Notes: a model not told the origin generated them from the sequence alone. A stretch of 63,334 nt of DNA, filler included, from Deltaproteobacteria bacterium (GCA_016218805.1; 4 parts of 4 records of this genome joined end to end with filler, not necessarily neighbours in it); one strand, 5' to 3'; counted from the whole stretch's first letter, positions 1 through 10,188 are shown. Numbers and translations: made by a program.

Positions 1-2039
1 ACGTGGAAGCGCGCCACCGGGCTCCACGCGCTGTTCCCGTTGGTGGAACGGGCGCGGACGCGCCAGCTGTACACGCCCGCCTCCAGGGTCGCCGCCACCG
101 TCGCCACCACGGGCGAGGTCGCGGCCTGCGGCACGGCCAACGCCACCAGCGGCGCGCCCGCCACGTCACCCAGGTACACCTCCACGTCGTACGTGATGTC
201 CGCGCCCGCCGCGTCCGTCACGCGCGAAAACGTCAGCGCCACGGCCGCTCCCGGCACGGTGACGTCACCCACGGGCGAGATGGCATTGGGCACCGGCGGT
301 GCCGCCACCGCCTCCGGGGCGGATGCCAACAGCCGCATGGATCCCCAGACGGTGGCGCCCACGCTGACCGTGCGCGTCTCGGTGGCTGGCTCGTAGCCGT
401 CCTTGGTCGCCGTGGCGGTGACGTCGCCGGGCCCCAGTTCAAAGATGAACACGCCGTTGGCGCCGGTGGTGTACGCCTGGCCGCCGGAGAGGCGTACCAC
501 CGCGCCCTCCACGGGGTTCTCGCCCAGGTTGGCGCCGGCGTAGATGACTCCGCGGAACGTGCCGGTCTGCGCGGGGGGCGGCGCCGGCGTGAGCCCCAAA
601 GACGCCCAATTGTCCGCACCGGACGTGGCGGCGGCGGCGTCGCGTTCAGCGGCCACGTACCCCGACGCTTCCGCCTTGACCTGGTAGGTGCCGGTGGTGG
701 TGATGTTGAACGCCCAGAAACCCGTGGACGACGACGTGGTGCTCCCCACCTGCGAGCCATTGCGCAGCAGCTTCACCGTGGCACCGGCAATGCGCGCGCT
801 GGTGCCCGCCGCCGCGTTGAAGACCACACCCACCACGCGCGTGGCCGCCGTGGTGGTGCCGCCGCCGCTGGTACCGCCGGAGGACGTGGAACCACCGCGG
901 ATGAGGCTCAGGTAGTAATCCCAGCGCCAGCCGCGGCCACCGTTGCCGGGGTCCGTGTGGTGACCCGCACCGCCGCAGTTGGTGGCGGTGGTGGAGCACG
1001 GCGCCCCGTTTCCCGACGAGGGAACCTGGTAGTGGCCGATGATGTGGGTCCGGTCCAGCGGCACCGCGTAGCGGTTGGCAAGCCACTTCACCAGGTCCGC
1101 GCTCTTCCGGTACATCACGTCGGTGAACCAGCGGGACGGGTCGGAGACGTAGCCTTCGTGCTCAATGCCCACGGAGCGCGCGTTGAAGCCGCTGTTGCCC
1201 GCGTGCCACGCCTTGTTGGCCAGCTTCACCATCTGCGTGATCTGCCCGTCGGAAGAACGGATGCAGTAGTGCGCGGAGGCCTGGGACGCGGTGTTGGCCA
1301 GCCAGCTGATGGAGCCGGAGTAGCTGCCCTCCGTGTCGTGGATGACAATGGTGTCCACGTCCGCGCCGTTGCGCGAGCTGTAGTTGGGAGAGGCGACATA
1401 GCGCGCGCTGTAGGGGTCATCCGGCGTCACGCCCTGCATCACCACCGTGCGCGGCGTAACCGGAACGTGGCCGCGGCCTTCAATGATCACCGTGCGGCCC
1501 GCCTGGTCCGCTTCGGTGGCGCCCTCAGACAGCAGCTTGGCAACCAACTGCTGGTAGTCAAACCGCAGGCCGTCATCCTGCAGCTCGCGCGCATCCGCCA
1601 GGACCTCCAACCAGGGGACGGCGCTGGAGCCCGCCGTCAGCCGCCCTTCCAGCCAGCCGCGCGCGTCCGCCGCCGTGCGCGCCAGGTACGCCGCGCCGCG
1701 GATGTTGGCCGCGGCGTCCGTCCGCACCGCGTCCACCGGTATGCCCAGCAGCGCCGCCGCACGTACCAGTTGTGCCTCGGACAGGCCCATCACGCCAAAC
1801 GCGCTGTTGCCGTGGTCGTCCCCGTCACGCATCACGTCCGTGAAGCGCGTCTCCATCCAGCTCCACGCCGCCAGCACGTCCGCCGGAAGGTCCGCCTCAG
1901 CGGCAGACGCCTTGAAGTGATCCACCAGCGGGCTGTCACCGGCCAGGTGCGGGTTCACCGCCTCACGGGGCCCCTGCGCACAGGCGGCCGCGGCCAGCAG
2001 CAACAATGTCGACGAGAATGGCAGGTGAGTCCGGGACAT
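1..2039 (-). CDS. N-acetylmuramoyl-L-alanine amidase (Amidase_2) lipoprotein with N-terminal SLT-like region and C-terminal beta-sandwich domains; 3' end runs off the window
   Basis: Missing from the ORF track because there is no stop in the window. Manual translation from ATG at 2039 (GGAG RBS) gives MSRTHLPFSSTLLLLAAAAC (lipobox), the amidase motifs IVIHDTEGSY, ASAHY, KAWHAGN, SVGIEHEG and HTDPG, and ends in ARSTNGNSAWSPVARFH (FN3-like). Confidence 0.85.
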   Translation of the reverse strand, partial: MSRTHLPFSSTLLLLAAAACAQGPREAVNPHLAGDSPLVDHFKASAAEADLPADVLAAWSWMETRFTDVMRDGDDHGNSAFGVMGLSEAQLVRAAALLGIPVDAVRTDAAANIRGAAYLARTAADARGWLEGRLTAGSSAVPWLEVLADARELQDDGLRFDYQQLVAKLLSEGATEADQAGRTVIIEGRGHVPVTPRTVVMQGVTPDDPYSARYVASPNYSSRNGADVDTIVIHDTEGSYSGSISWLANTASQASAHYCIRSSDGQITQMVKLANKAWHAGNSGFNARSVGIEHEGYVSDPSRWFTDVMYRKSADLVKWLANRYAVPLDRTHIIGHYQVPSSGNGAPCSTTATNCGGAGHHTDPGNGGRGWRWDYYLSLIRGGSTSSGGTSGGGTTTAATRVVGVVFNAAAGTSARIAGATVKLLRNGSQVGSTTSSSTGFWAFNITTTGTYQVKAEASGYVAAERDAAAATSGADNWASLGLTPAPPPAQTGTFRGVIYAGANLGENPVEGAVVRLSGGQAYTTGANGVFIFELGPGDVTATATKDGYEPATETRTVSVGATVWGSMRLLASAPEAVAAPPVPNAISPVGDVTVPGAAVALTFSRVTDAAGADITYDVEVYLGDVAGAPLVALAVPQAATSPVVATVAATLEAGVYSWRVRARSTNGNSAWSPVARFH

Positions 2040-2178
2040 CTTGCACTCCGCGTGAAAAGAGACGCGGAGTGTTTCGCACGCGTGCATCCCGTTGGGGATA
2101 CGTCAGCGCGCGTCCTAGGACGGGTGGCGGGACCGGCCAGGCGGATGACCTAGGACAGCGGGCGGACCCTGCCGCGGT

Positions 2179-2358
2179 TCAGAACGCGGCGTAGCGGGAC
2201 AGACCGTGCGCTCCGGCCACCGCCAGCGCGCGGGGGGCCGCCTTGCGGCGCCGCGGGCCAAAGTCCCGCAGGTACGCGCCCAGCGCCGTCCCCAGCAGGA
2301 GGGCGGCGCTGCCAAGCAGCAGGAAGGCTCCAGTCATCAGGTGCAGGTGCGCGTTCAT
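2179..2358 (-). CDS. Small (59 aa) single-TM hypothetical protein
   Basis: GGAG RBS before the ATG at 2358; MNAHLHLMTGAFLLLGSAALLLGTALGAYLRD is a hydrophobic helix followed by a basic tail. Confidence 0.45.
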   Translation of the reverse strand: MNAHLHLMTGAFLLLGSAALLLGTALGAYLRDFGPRRRKAAPRALAVAGAHGLSRYAAF

Positions 2359-2562
2359 CAGTGGCTCCGTGGCGCGCCGTGGCGTCGAGAACGACCTCCG
2401 GACGCGACGCTCTGTGGTGCCGCCGTTGTACGGGCGTTTGTGCACGCCACCAAATTTTTGGCTCCACGCACCTCCGCCAGACGCCGAGCGGCGCCGCCCG
2501 GCTCCAGCCGCGGTGGACGCGCCCCCAGGATTCGTGGAAGGACACGCCGCGAGGTGAACTGC

Positions 2563-3786
2563 ATGCGTCCGCTTGATGACATTGTGGTCCTGGACCTGTC
2601 CCGCGTGCTCGCGGGCCCCTATGCCTCCATGGCCCTGGCTGACATGGGCGCGCGCATCCTGAAGATCGAAGAGCCCGGCAAGGGCGATGACACGCGCGCG
2701 TTCGGCCCGCCGTTTGCGGGGGAACCCACGCTCAACGGCCGCGGCGAAAGCACGTATTTCATGAGCGTGAACCGCGGAAAGGAGTCCATTACCGTCGACA
2801 TGAAGCACCCGCGCGGCAAGGAACTCATCCGCCGCCTGGCCATGAAGGCGGACGTGGTGCTGGAGAACTTCCGCCCCGGGGTGCTCATCAAATTGGGCCT
2901 GGGCCCGGATGACCTGCGCTCCCTCAACCCGCGCCTCATCTGCTGCTCCATCAGCGGCTACGGAACCGCAGGCCTCCCGGAGTACTCCTCCAAGCCGGGG
3001 TATGACCCCGTGGCACAGGGGCTGGGCGGACTGGCCTCCGTCACCGGCGCCAAAGACGGCGAACCCTTCAAGGCCGGCTTCAGCATTGCCGACGTCACCG
3101 CGGGCATGCTCGCCGTGCAGGGGATCCTGCTGGCGCTGTACGCGCGTACCCGCACCGGCCGCGGACAGACCGTGGACATCAGCCTGCTGGACGGGCAGGT
3201 CTCCCTCATGGCGTACCACTCCACGTCCACCGGATTCACGCAGAAGGCGCCCACCCGGCATGGCAATGGACACCCCAACATCGTCCCGTTCGGCACATTC
3301 AAGGCCGCGGATGGTTACCTCACCATCGGCGTCGCCAATGACGGGCTGTTCAAGACGTTCGCCACCCTCTGCGGCAAGCCGCAATGGCTGGATGATGCGC
3401 GCTTCCAGACCAACGCCGCCCGCGTGGAGAACCGCGTTGCCATGGAAGAGGAGGTCGCGCCCATCGTCGTCACGCGCACCGTGGAAGCGTGGGTCAAGCT
3501 GCTGGACGGCGCGGGCATCCCCGCCGGCCCCGTGCTGAACGTGTGGCAGGCCATGAACCACCCGCAGGTGCGCGCGCGTGGGATGGTGGTTGAAACCCAG
3601 CACCCCACCGCCGGCACCATCCGCATGACCGGCGTCCCCGTGAAACTCTCCGGCACCCCCGGCGAACCCCGCGGACGCCCTCCCCTGCTGGGCGAACATA
3701 CCGAGTCCGCGCTGCGGGATGTCCTGGGGTTGAATGGGAGCGAGTTTGACGAGCTGAAGAAGTCCGGCGCACTGGGAAACCGCTGA
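2563..3786 (+). CDS. CoA transferase, CaiB/BaiF (family III)
   Basis: MRPLDDIVVLDLSRVLAGP, NRGKESI, ADVVLENFRPG, GYD and PPLLGEHT motifs; GAGG RBS. Confidence 0.93.
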   Translation: MRPLDDIVVLDLSRVLAGPYASMALADMGARILKIEEPGKGDDTRAFGPPFAGEPTLNGRGESTYFMSVNRGKESITVDMKHPRGKELIRRLAMKADVVLENFRPGVLIKLGLGPDDLRSLNPRLICCSISGYGTAGLPEYSSKPGYDPVAQGLGGLASVTGAKDGEPFKAGFSIADVTAGMLAVQGILLALYARTRTGRGQTVDISLLDGQVSLMAYHSTSTGFTQKAPTRHGNGHPNIVPFGTFKAADGYLTIGVANDGLFKTFATLCGKPQWLDDARFQTNAARVENRVAMEEEVAPIVVTRTVEAWVKLLDGAGIPAGPVLNVWQAMNHPQVRARGMVVETQHPTAGTIRMTGVPVKLSGTPGEPRGRPPLLGEHTESALRDVLGLNGSEFDELKKSGALGNR

Positions 3787-3802
3787 CGAACCCCCCACCC
3801 AG

Positions 3803-3826
3803 CCTCCCCCGGCAAACGGGGGGAGG
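3803..3826. terminator. GC-rich hairpin between convergent genes (possible terminator)
   Basis: CCTCCCCCG-GCAAA-CGGGGGGAGG directly after the CoA transferase stop; no clear U-tract. Confidence 0.35.
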
Positions 3827-3838
3827 AGGCTTGGCGTG

Positions 3839-4588
3839 CTAGCGGCGCTTGCGCGCAAATGCCGTCCCGGAGAAGACGTCCTCGTCCACGGACGGCTCGT
3901 CCAGGTCGCTGGTGTGCTCCTCCAGCGAACCCACCTTGCCCTCCAACAACGACTCCTCCTCCAGGTCCGCAAACGTCGCCGGTCCCCCCGTGTCCTCCTC
4001 CGGGACCGTCACCATGTTCACCTCGTCAAAGTCCGCCTCGTTCAACAGCGGCAATGACGAACCATCTCCCTGGTTGGGCAGTGGCTCCCCCGCGTCCTCC
4101 GTGAACAGTGACGTCGACAACGTGGGCGCGCCCGCGTCCGGCATCACCATCCACGGCGTCTCCTCCGACAGCGACCCCGGTGGCGGCGGCGGCACCAGTT
4201 GCTCCAGCGGCGGCCGCACCATCCGCGGATCCGTCGCCGCTTCCGCCAGCGCGCGCGGCACCACCACCTCCTTCTTGGGCTGCGGCGGCAACTTCTTCAG
4301 CAACTCCTTCTGCCGGTTCTCCGCCAGCGTGCTCTTCACCCGCCCCACCGTGGGACGCGCCGGCGCGCCGGGAGCCGCCACGGCCTCCCCCTCTTCCTCC
4401 TCTTTGCCCTTGTGCTGCCGCTGGCGGCGCTTCTCCTCGCGCTCGCTCACCGTCTCCAGCGCCTGCGAAAACTTCTGCCCCCCCGCCTTGCTCTCCGCCT
4501 GGGGCTTCTGCTGCTCACCAAACGTCAGTGACGCCTTCACCGCGGTGCGATTGCGGATGACCGTCACCGGGCTACCTCCAAAGGCCAT
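3839..4588 (-). CDS. Hypothetical low-complexity protein (basic N-terminal half, acidic C-terminal half)
   Basis: Co-oriented ORF downstream of leuS; probable start MAFGGSP at 4588; no family recognised. Confidence 0.6.
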   Translation of the reverse strand: MAFGGSPVTVIRNRTAVKASLTFGEQQKPQAESKAGGQKFSQALETVSEREEKRRQRQHKGKEEEEGEAVAAPGAPARPTVGRVKSTLAENRQKELLKKLPPQPKKEVVVPRALAEAATDPRMVRPPLEQLVPPPPPGSLSEETPWMVMPDAGAPTLSTSLFTEDAGEPLPNQGDGSSLPLLNEADFDEVNMVTVPEEDTGGPATFADLEEESLLEGKVGSLEEHTSDLDEPSVDEDVFSGTAFARKRR

Positions 4589-4645
4589 TTTCGCACGCCG
4601 CAGGCCACGGTTGCGAAGCCTCCGGCGCACCGCGCCGCCGCCGTC

Positions 4646-7165
4646 TCACTTCACAATGAAATTCAATATCTTGCCCGCCCGGTAGACCACCTTCACCAGC
4701 TGCTTCCCCTCCAGATTTCTCGCCACGCCGCTCACCTTGCGCGCCTCCGCCACCGCGGTCGCCTCGTCCGCGTCGCGGCGCAGCGTCACCTCACCGCGCA
4801 CCTTGCCCAACACCTGCACGCCAATGGTGACCGTGTCGTCCGTCGCCAGCGCCTCGTCGTATTTCGGCCAGGGCGCGTAAGTAATCCCATCACCCTTCCC
4901 CAACCCCTTGCCCCATGCCTCCTCGGCAAAGTGCGGCGCAAACGGCGCAATGAGCTGGGCCAGCGGTTCCAGGCACTTCCGGCTCGTCGTGGCCAGCTGC
5001 AGGAAGTCACGCACCACCACGTGCAGCATGCTGATCGCGGTGTTGAGACTGAGCGTGTCAATGTCGCGCCCCACCTTCTTGATCGCCTTGTGGATGATGC
5101 GCAGTTCCTCCTCGGTGGGCTCCTTGTCGGTCACACGCGGGCGGTCCTCGTCGTCAAAGAACACGCGCCAGGCACGCCGCAGCCAGTTGTACTGCCCCTC
5201 CATGCCGGCGGTCTGCCACGGCTTGTCTGACTCCAACGGACCCATGAAGCAGATGTACACGCGCAACGCGTCCGCTCCGTACAGCTTGATGACGTCGTCC
5301 GGGTTGACCACGTTGCCGTACCGTTTGGACATCTTACCCGTTTCAATGCTCAACTCTACGTCGGTGCCCTTCTTGAACGCCTTGCCGTCCCGCTCCTCCA
5401 CCTCCGCCAGCGGGACAATGCGCTTGTCCGGCGTGCGGTAGATGAGCCCCTGGATCATCCCCTGGTGCACCAGCTTCTGGAACGGTTCCTCGTCACGGAC
5501 CAGGCCTTCATCCTTGAGCACCTTCTGCCACATGCGCGAATACAACAGGTGCCCCACGCGGTGCTCCGCACCACCCACGTAGAGGTCCACCGGCATCCAG
5601 TAGTCGCTCTTGGCGCGCGCACAGAGTTCCTGGTCGTTGTGCGGATCGCAGTAGCGCAGGAAGTACCACGACGACCCCGCGCTGCCCGGCATGGTGTCCG
5701 TTTCGCGCTTGAGTTTGCGGCCGGTCTTCTTGTCGTCCACGTTGACCCAGTCGGTCAGCGCCGCCAGCGGTGACTGTCCCGTCCCCAGTGGCTTGTAGTG
5801 CTCCGTCGGGGGCAGCGTGAGGGGCAGCTCGTCCAGCTCCAACGTGCGCACCACCTTGCCCTGGTCATCCTTCAGGACGGGGATGGGCTCGCCCCAGTAG
5901 CGCTGCCGCGCAAAGACCCAGTCGCGGAACTTGTACGTGACCTCGCGCTTGCCCAGCTTCTCCTGCTCCAGCCAGTCAATCACCTTCGCCTTGGCAAACC
6001 CGTCCGCCGTCGCCGTGCCGTTGAACGGGCCGGAGTTCACCATGGCGCCCTCGCCCGCATGCGCGGCCTGGGTGACGTCGCCACCGGTGATGACATCCAC
6101 AATGGGCAGGTGGAACTCCTTCGCGAATTCCCAGTCCCGCTCGTCGTGGCCGGGCACCGCCATGATCGCGCCGGTGCCGTACCCGTAGATGACGTAGTCG
6201 GCGATCCAGATGGGAATGGGCTTGCCGGTGGCGGGATTGAGCGCGCGCGCGCCGGTGTCCACGCCGGTCTTCTGCTTGCTGGCCTGGCGGTCTTTCTCAC
6301 TCTTGCCCGACGCGGCCTTGGCATACGCCTCCACCGCGGTTTTCTGCGCGGCGGTGGTGATGCGCGCCACCGCCGGGTGCTCCGGCGCCACCACCAGGAA
6401 CGTGGCGCCCCACAGCGTGTCCGGCCGCGTGGTGAATACCTCCAGATCTTCGCTCGTCCCGTCGACACGGAAGTGGATGCGCGCACCTTCGGACCGGCCA
6501 ATCCAGTCACGCTGGTGCATGCGCGTGGCGTCCGGCCAGTCAATGGTGTCCAGCCCCGCCAGCAGGCGCTCCGCGTACGCGGTGATGCGCAACATCCATT
6601 GGCGCATCTGCAGGCGCGTGACGGGGTGGCCGCCGCGCTCGCTCTTGCCGTCAATGACCTCGTCGTTGGCCAGCACCGTCCCCAGCGCCGCGCACCAGTT
6701 CACAAACGCGTCCGCCTGGTAGGCCAGCCCGCGCTTGTGCAGCAGCGTGAAGATGTACTGCGTCCACTTGTAGTAGCCCGGATCGCACGTCGACACTTCG
6801 CGCGTCCAGTCATAGCTGTACCCCAGGCGCTTGAGCTGGCGGCGGAACGTGTCCAGCGCTTCGGTGGTGGACTTCTGCGGCGGCACGCCCTCATCAATGG
6901 CCTTCTGCTCCGCGGGCAGGCCAAAGCTGTCATAGCCCATGGGGTGCAGCACGTTGAAACCCAGCGCGCGGCGATAGCGACACACCACGTCCGACGCGGT
7001 GTAGCCGGCCGGGTGGCCGACGTGCAGGCCCTTCCCCGACGGGTAGGGGAACATGTCCAGGGCGTAGAACTTCTTCTTCGCCGGGTCTTCCTTCGCAACA
7101 AAGGTGCCCTTGTCGTCCCACCACTGCTGCCAGTGCTGTTCAATGCGCTGCGGATCGTAGGCCAT
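4646..7165 (-). CDS. leuS: Leucine--tRNA ligase
   Basis: MFPYPSGKGLHVGH (HIGH), FTTRPDT editing domain, YGTGAIMAVPGHDERD, KMSKR (KMSKS); start MAYDPQRIE. Confidence 0.97.
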   Translation of the reverse strand: MAYDPQRIEQHWQQWWDDKGTFVAKEDPAKKKFYALDMFPYPSGKGLHVGHPAGYTASDVVCRYRRALGFNVLHPMGYDSFGLPAEQKAIDEGVPPQKSTTEALDTFRRQLKRLGYSYDWTREVSTCDPGYYKWTQYIFTLLHKRGLAYQADAFVNWCAALGTVLANDEVIDGKSERGGHPVTRLQMRQWMLRITAYAERLLAGLDTIDWPDATRMHQRDWIGRSEGARIHFRVDGTSEDLEVFTTRPDTLWGATFLVVAPEHPAVARITTAAQKTAVEAYAKAASGKSEKDRQASKQKTGVDTGARALNPATGKPIPIWIADYVIYGYGTGAIMAVPGHDERDWEFAKEFHLPIVDVITGGDVTQAAHAGEGAMVNSGPFNGTATADGFAKAKVIDWLEQEKLGKREVTYKFRDWVFARQRYWGEPIPVLKDDQGKVVRTLELDELPLTLPPTEHYKPLGTGQSPLAALTDWVNVDDKKTGRKLKRETDTMPGSAGSSWYFLRYCDPHNDQELCARAKSDYWMPVDLYVGGAEHRVGHLLYSRMWQKVLKDEGLVRDEEPFQKLVHQGMIQGLIYRTPDKRIVPLAEVEERDGKAFKKGTDVELSIETGKMSKRYGNVVNPDDVIKLYGADALRVYICFMGPLESDKPWQTAGMEGQYNWLRRAWRVFFDDEDRPRVTDKEPTEEELRIIHKAIKKVGRDIDTLSLNTAISMLHVVVRDFLQLATTSRKCLEPLAQLIAPFAPHFAEEAWGKGLGKGDGITYAPWPKYDEALATDDTVTIGVQVLGKVRGEVTLRRDADEATAVAEARKVSGVARNLEGKQLVKVVYRAGKILNFIVK

Positions 7166-7280
7166 GGTCCCTTCCAGCATTCCCGGCGGCGGCCGGGGGG
7201 GCGTCTCATACAACGACGGCGGCGCACGGCGCACGTCCGCCGCGTTGTGGTACAGGAGATCCCATCCACGCGGAGACACC

Positions 7281-8096
7281 ATGCAGACTCGCACCCTCGG
7301 GCGTGACGGCCCGTCCATCGCGGAGATTGGCCAGGGCACCTGGGCCCTGGAACAGGCGGACCGCACCCAGGCCATCCGCGCGCTGCACCGCGGCATTGAG
7401 CTGGGCCTGACCCACGTGGACACGGCGGAGCTGTACGGCCGTGGCGCCGTGGAAGAGCTGCTGGGCGAAGCGCTGGAAGGCAAGCGCGACCAGGTGTTTT
7501 TGGCTTCCAAGGTGCTCCCCACCAACGCGTCCCATGCCGGCACCGTGGCGGCGTGCGAAGCATCCCTGAAGCGCCTGCGCACGGACCACCTGGACCTGTA
7601 CCTGCTCCACTGGGCCAGCGAACTCCCGATAGCCGACACGATTGCGGCCTTTGAGCAGCTCAAGCAGGAGGGGAAGATCCGTCACTGGGGTCTGAGCAAC
7701 TTTGATGCGCGGCGGTTGCGGCGGGTGGTGGAGATTGCCGGGGCGGGCAAGGTGGCCTGCAACCAGGTGGGCTACCACGTGCGCGAACGCGGCCCGGAGC
7801 GCGAAGTCATCCCGACGTGCGCGGAGCTGGGGATTGCGTTGGTGGCGTACAGCCCGCTGGGGCAGGGGAACTTTCCGGGCACGCCGTCCCCGGGCGGCCG
7901 CCTGCTGCGGGACATTGGCAAGCGTCACGGCGTGGGGCCGCACGCGGTGGCCCTACGGTTCCTGCTGCGCTTCCCCAACGTGCTGGTGATTCCCAAGGCG
8001 GCCTCGCGCGCGCACGTGGAGGAGAACGCGCGCGCGGCGGACCTGGCGCTGACGGCGGAGGACGTTGCGCAACTTGAGGAGATGTTCCTGCCCTGA
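7281..8096 (+). CDS. Aldo/keto reductase
   Basis: IGQGTW, DTAELYG, SLKRLRTDHLDLYLLHW, WGLSNF, AYSPLGQG and IPKA motifs; GGAG RBS. Confidence 0.93.
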   Translation: MQTRTLGRDGPSIAEIGQGTWALEQADRTQAIRALHRGIELGLTHVDTAELYGRGAVEELLGEALEGKRDQVFLASKVLPTNASHAGTVAACEASLKRLRTDHLDLYLLHWASELPIADTIAAFEQLKQEGKIRHWGLSNFDARRLRRVVEIAGAGKVACNQVGYHVRERGPEREVIPTCAELGIALVAYSPLGQGNFPGTPSPGGRLLRDIGKRHGVGPHAVALRFLLRFPNVLVIPKAASRAHVEENARAADLALTAEDVAQLEEMFLP

Positions 8097-8170
8097 CGGC
8101 CGCGTTGACTCGCGGATGGGCCTCCGGTACCCGGCGGGCGTTTTCCACGCCTTTCTCCGGGGAGCGCACC

Positions 8171-9175
8171 ATGGCCAGTGTCCAGGGAGATGTCGTCGGG
8201 GCAAGAAACCGCTGGAACGCCAGCCGGTATGATCCGGCCAACCGGCGCGGGCATTTTGAGAGCTATTTCCAACGGGGCAACCACCCCACGCGCCCGCTGG
8301 CTTTCTGGCTGCGCTACACCAACTTTGTCCCCGTGGGAAAACCGGAGGCCGCTGAAGGCGAGCTGTGGGCCATGTGGTTTGACGGCGAGAAAGGCACGGT
8401 GGTCCGGGAATACCGCGCTTTGCCCATGGCGCAATGTGACTTTTCCCGCGCAGGGCTTTCAGTCCGCGTGGGTGACGCCAAGCTGGACGACACGACGGTG
8501 GTGGGCAGCGTGGGGTCCATGGCGTGGGATCTCCGCTATTCCGGCAAATCACCGCCCCTGCTGCTCTACCCGGAATCCTGGTATTCGGCGCCATTCCCCA
8601 AGACCAAGATCGTGGTGGGGACACCGCACGCGCTGTACACGGGCACGGTGCGCGTGGGCGGCGAGGAGCACAGCGTGGACGCGTGGCCGGGCAGCCAGGC
8701 GCACGTGTGGGCGCCCGTGCACGCGGAGTTCTACGCGTGGGGCCAGGTGTACGGTTTTGACGATCACCCCGAGGCCGCGCTGGAGTGGGCCACCGGGAAG
8801 CTCAAGGTGGGTCCGTTCCGGCTGCCGCCGCTGACGGGCGGCGTGCTGCGGCTGGACGGGCGTGACCACGCGCTCAATTCCATTGGCGCGGCGCTGCGGG
8901 CCAAGGGCCACTTCCAGGACCACCGCTGGGAATTCTCCGCGTCCACGCCGGAGCTGGCACTGCGTGGCGTGATGTCCGCGCCGGCGGCGCACTTTGCACG
9001 GCTGGAGTACCGCAATCCGCCGGGCGGTACCAAGACGTGCCTCAACACCAAGATTGCGCGCTGCGAGTTGTGGGTGACCCGCCCGGGTCAGCCAGAGTTG
9101 CACCTGGTGTCCCCTTGCCGTGGCGCGTTTGAGCTCCTGGGTGAGGCCTCCGCGCTGGCCGCGCTGGGCTTCTGA
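8171..9175 (+). CDS. Hypothetical protein, tocopherol-cyclase/AttH-like beta fold
   Basis: HFESYF..FWLRYT, WDL and GSQAHVW pattern typical of tocopherol-cyclase-like proteins; GGAG RBS. Confidence 0.55.
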   Translation: MASVQGDVVGARNRWNASRYDPANRRGHFESYFQRGNHPTRPLAFWLRYTNFVPVGKPEAAEGELWAMWFDGEKGTVVREYRALPMAQCDFSRAGLSVRVGDAKLDDTTVVGSVGSMAWDLRYSGKSPPLLLYPESWYSAPFPKTKIVVGTPHALYTGTVRVGGEEHSVDAWPGSQAHVWAPVHAEFYAWGQVYGFDDHPEAALEWATGKLKVGPFRLPPLTGGVLRLDGRDHALNSIGAALRAKGHFQDHRWEFSASTPELALRGVMSAPAAHFARLEYRNPPGGTKTCLNTKIARCELWVTRPGQPELHLVSPCRGAFELLGEASALAALGF

Positions 9176-9198
9176 CGGCCCGCGTAAGAACATCAAAC

Positions 9199-10188
9199 CT
9201 AGTAGAAGTTCTGCGTGTTCCAGGTTCCGGCCCACGTGCCCACGCCCAGATACGAGAACCCGCACCGCATGATGTTGCAGTGGTGCGACATCGCCGGGCA
9301 GTGATCCTCGTTGGCACCGCTCATGTACAGGTTCATCTCGCAGGCCTCATCACAGCCGTACGCGCAGTTCTGCCCCATGGGGTAGTCCGCGTGGAACAGG
9401 CCGCCGCGCTCCGCACATTGCTTGCTGTGGTTGCGTGCATGCGCGGACCACTCCAGGCTGTACGCCAAGGGCCCGTGGCATTCTCCGCTGCCCTCGTCGT
9501 CATGCGTGGCGCGCGTGAAGTTGACCAGTTCAAACATGCGGCATTCCTCGGGCAGGGGCTCAAACCAGGTGTCCGCGGTGCCGTCGCCGTCCACGTCGTA
9601 GTTGATTGCACCGCCGCGGCAGACCTCCGCCGTGGGCAGGCAGTCCATGCCCGCCGTGGATGACGGCGTGAAACCGGCGTCGCACGCGCACACCGGGTTG
9701 CCGCCCACCGCGCGGCAACTGCCGTGGCCCGAGCAGGCGACACCCTCACACGGGTTGGCGTCCGAGACGCACGCGAGTCCCACTTCATGGAAGCCCGTGT
9801 TGCAGTGGCATGCCGCCGTCCCGATGAACGGCTGCACCGCGCACGTTCCGTGACCGGAGCAGGTCACGCCGTCACACGGCCCATCCGCCACGCAGGACAG
9901 CCCGTCCGCGTGAAAGCCCGCGTTGCAGGCGCAGGACGCCACACCGGCCGCGGCCGCGCACGTGCCGTATCCCGCGCAGGTCACGCCCGCGCACGGGTCC
10001 ACCGCGGTGGACGAGGAGGAAACCGCGGCGGCACCGGAGGACCCGCCCCCCGAGCCGGACCCCGCCGCCGCGCTCCCGCTGCTCCCGCCGTCGACGGGGG
10101 ATGCCGTTCCGCCCTCCACGGCGCCGCACGCGGCGGACAGGCAGACCAACATGGCGGGGACGGGGCAGGAGCGGTGCAGGCGGGCCAT
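9199..10188 (-). CDS. Lipoprotein with three EGF-like repeats and a C-terminal CAP/SCP-like domain
   Basis: LSAAC lipobox, Ser/Gly linker, three C..VxC.G.G.C...C.C..GF repeats; ELVNFTR, ARNHS, HHCNIM and LGVG..WNTQNF are CAP motifs. Confidence 0.7.
   Translation of the reverse strand: MARLHRSCPVPAMLVCLSAACGAVEGGTASPVDGGSSGSAAAGSGSGGGSSGAAAVSSSSTAVDPCAGVTCAGYGTCAAAAGVASCACNAGFHADGLSCVADGPCDGVTCSGHGTCAVQPFIGTAACHCNTGFHEVGLACVSDANPCEGVACSGHGSCRAVGGNPVCACDAGFTPSSTAGMDCLPTAEVCRGGAINYDVDGDGTADTWFEPLPEECRMFELVNFTRATHDDEGSGECHGPLAYSLEWSAHARNHSKQCAERGGLFHADYPMGQNCAYGCDEACEMNLYMSGANEDHCPAMSHHCNIMRCGFSYLGVGTWAGTWNTQNFY

Noticed and set aside
3..2153. 716-aa plus-strand ORF and other long antisense ORFs (e.g. 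5798-7306, 37129-38982, 38750-41038)
   Set aside because: These are shadow frames of real opposite-strand genes, common at high GC; they are Arg/His/Gly-rich with no motifs.
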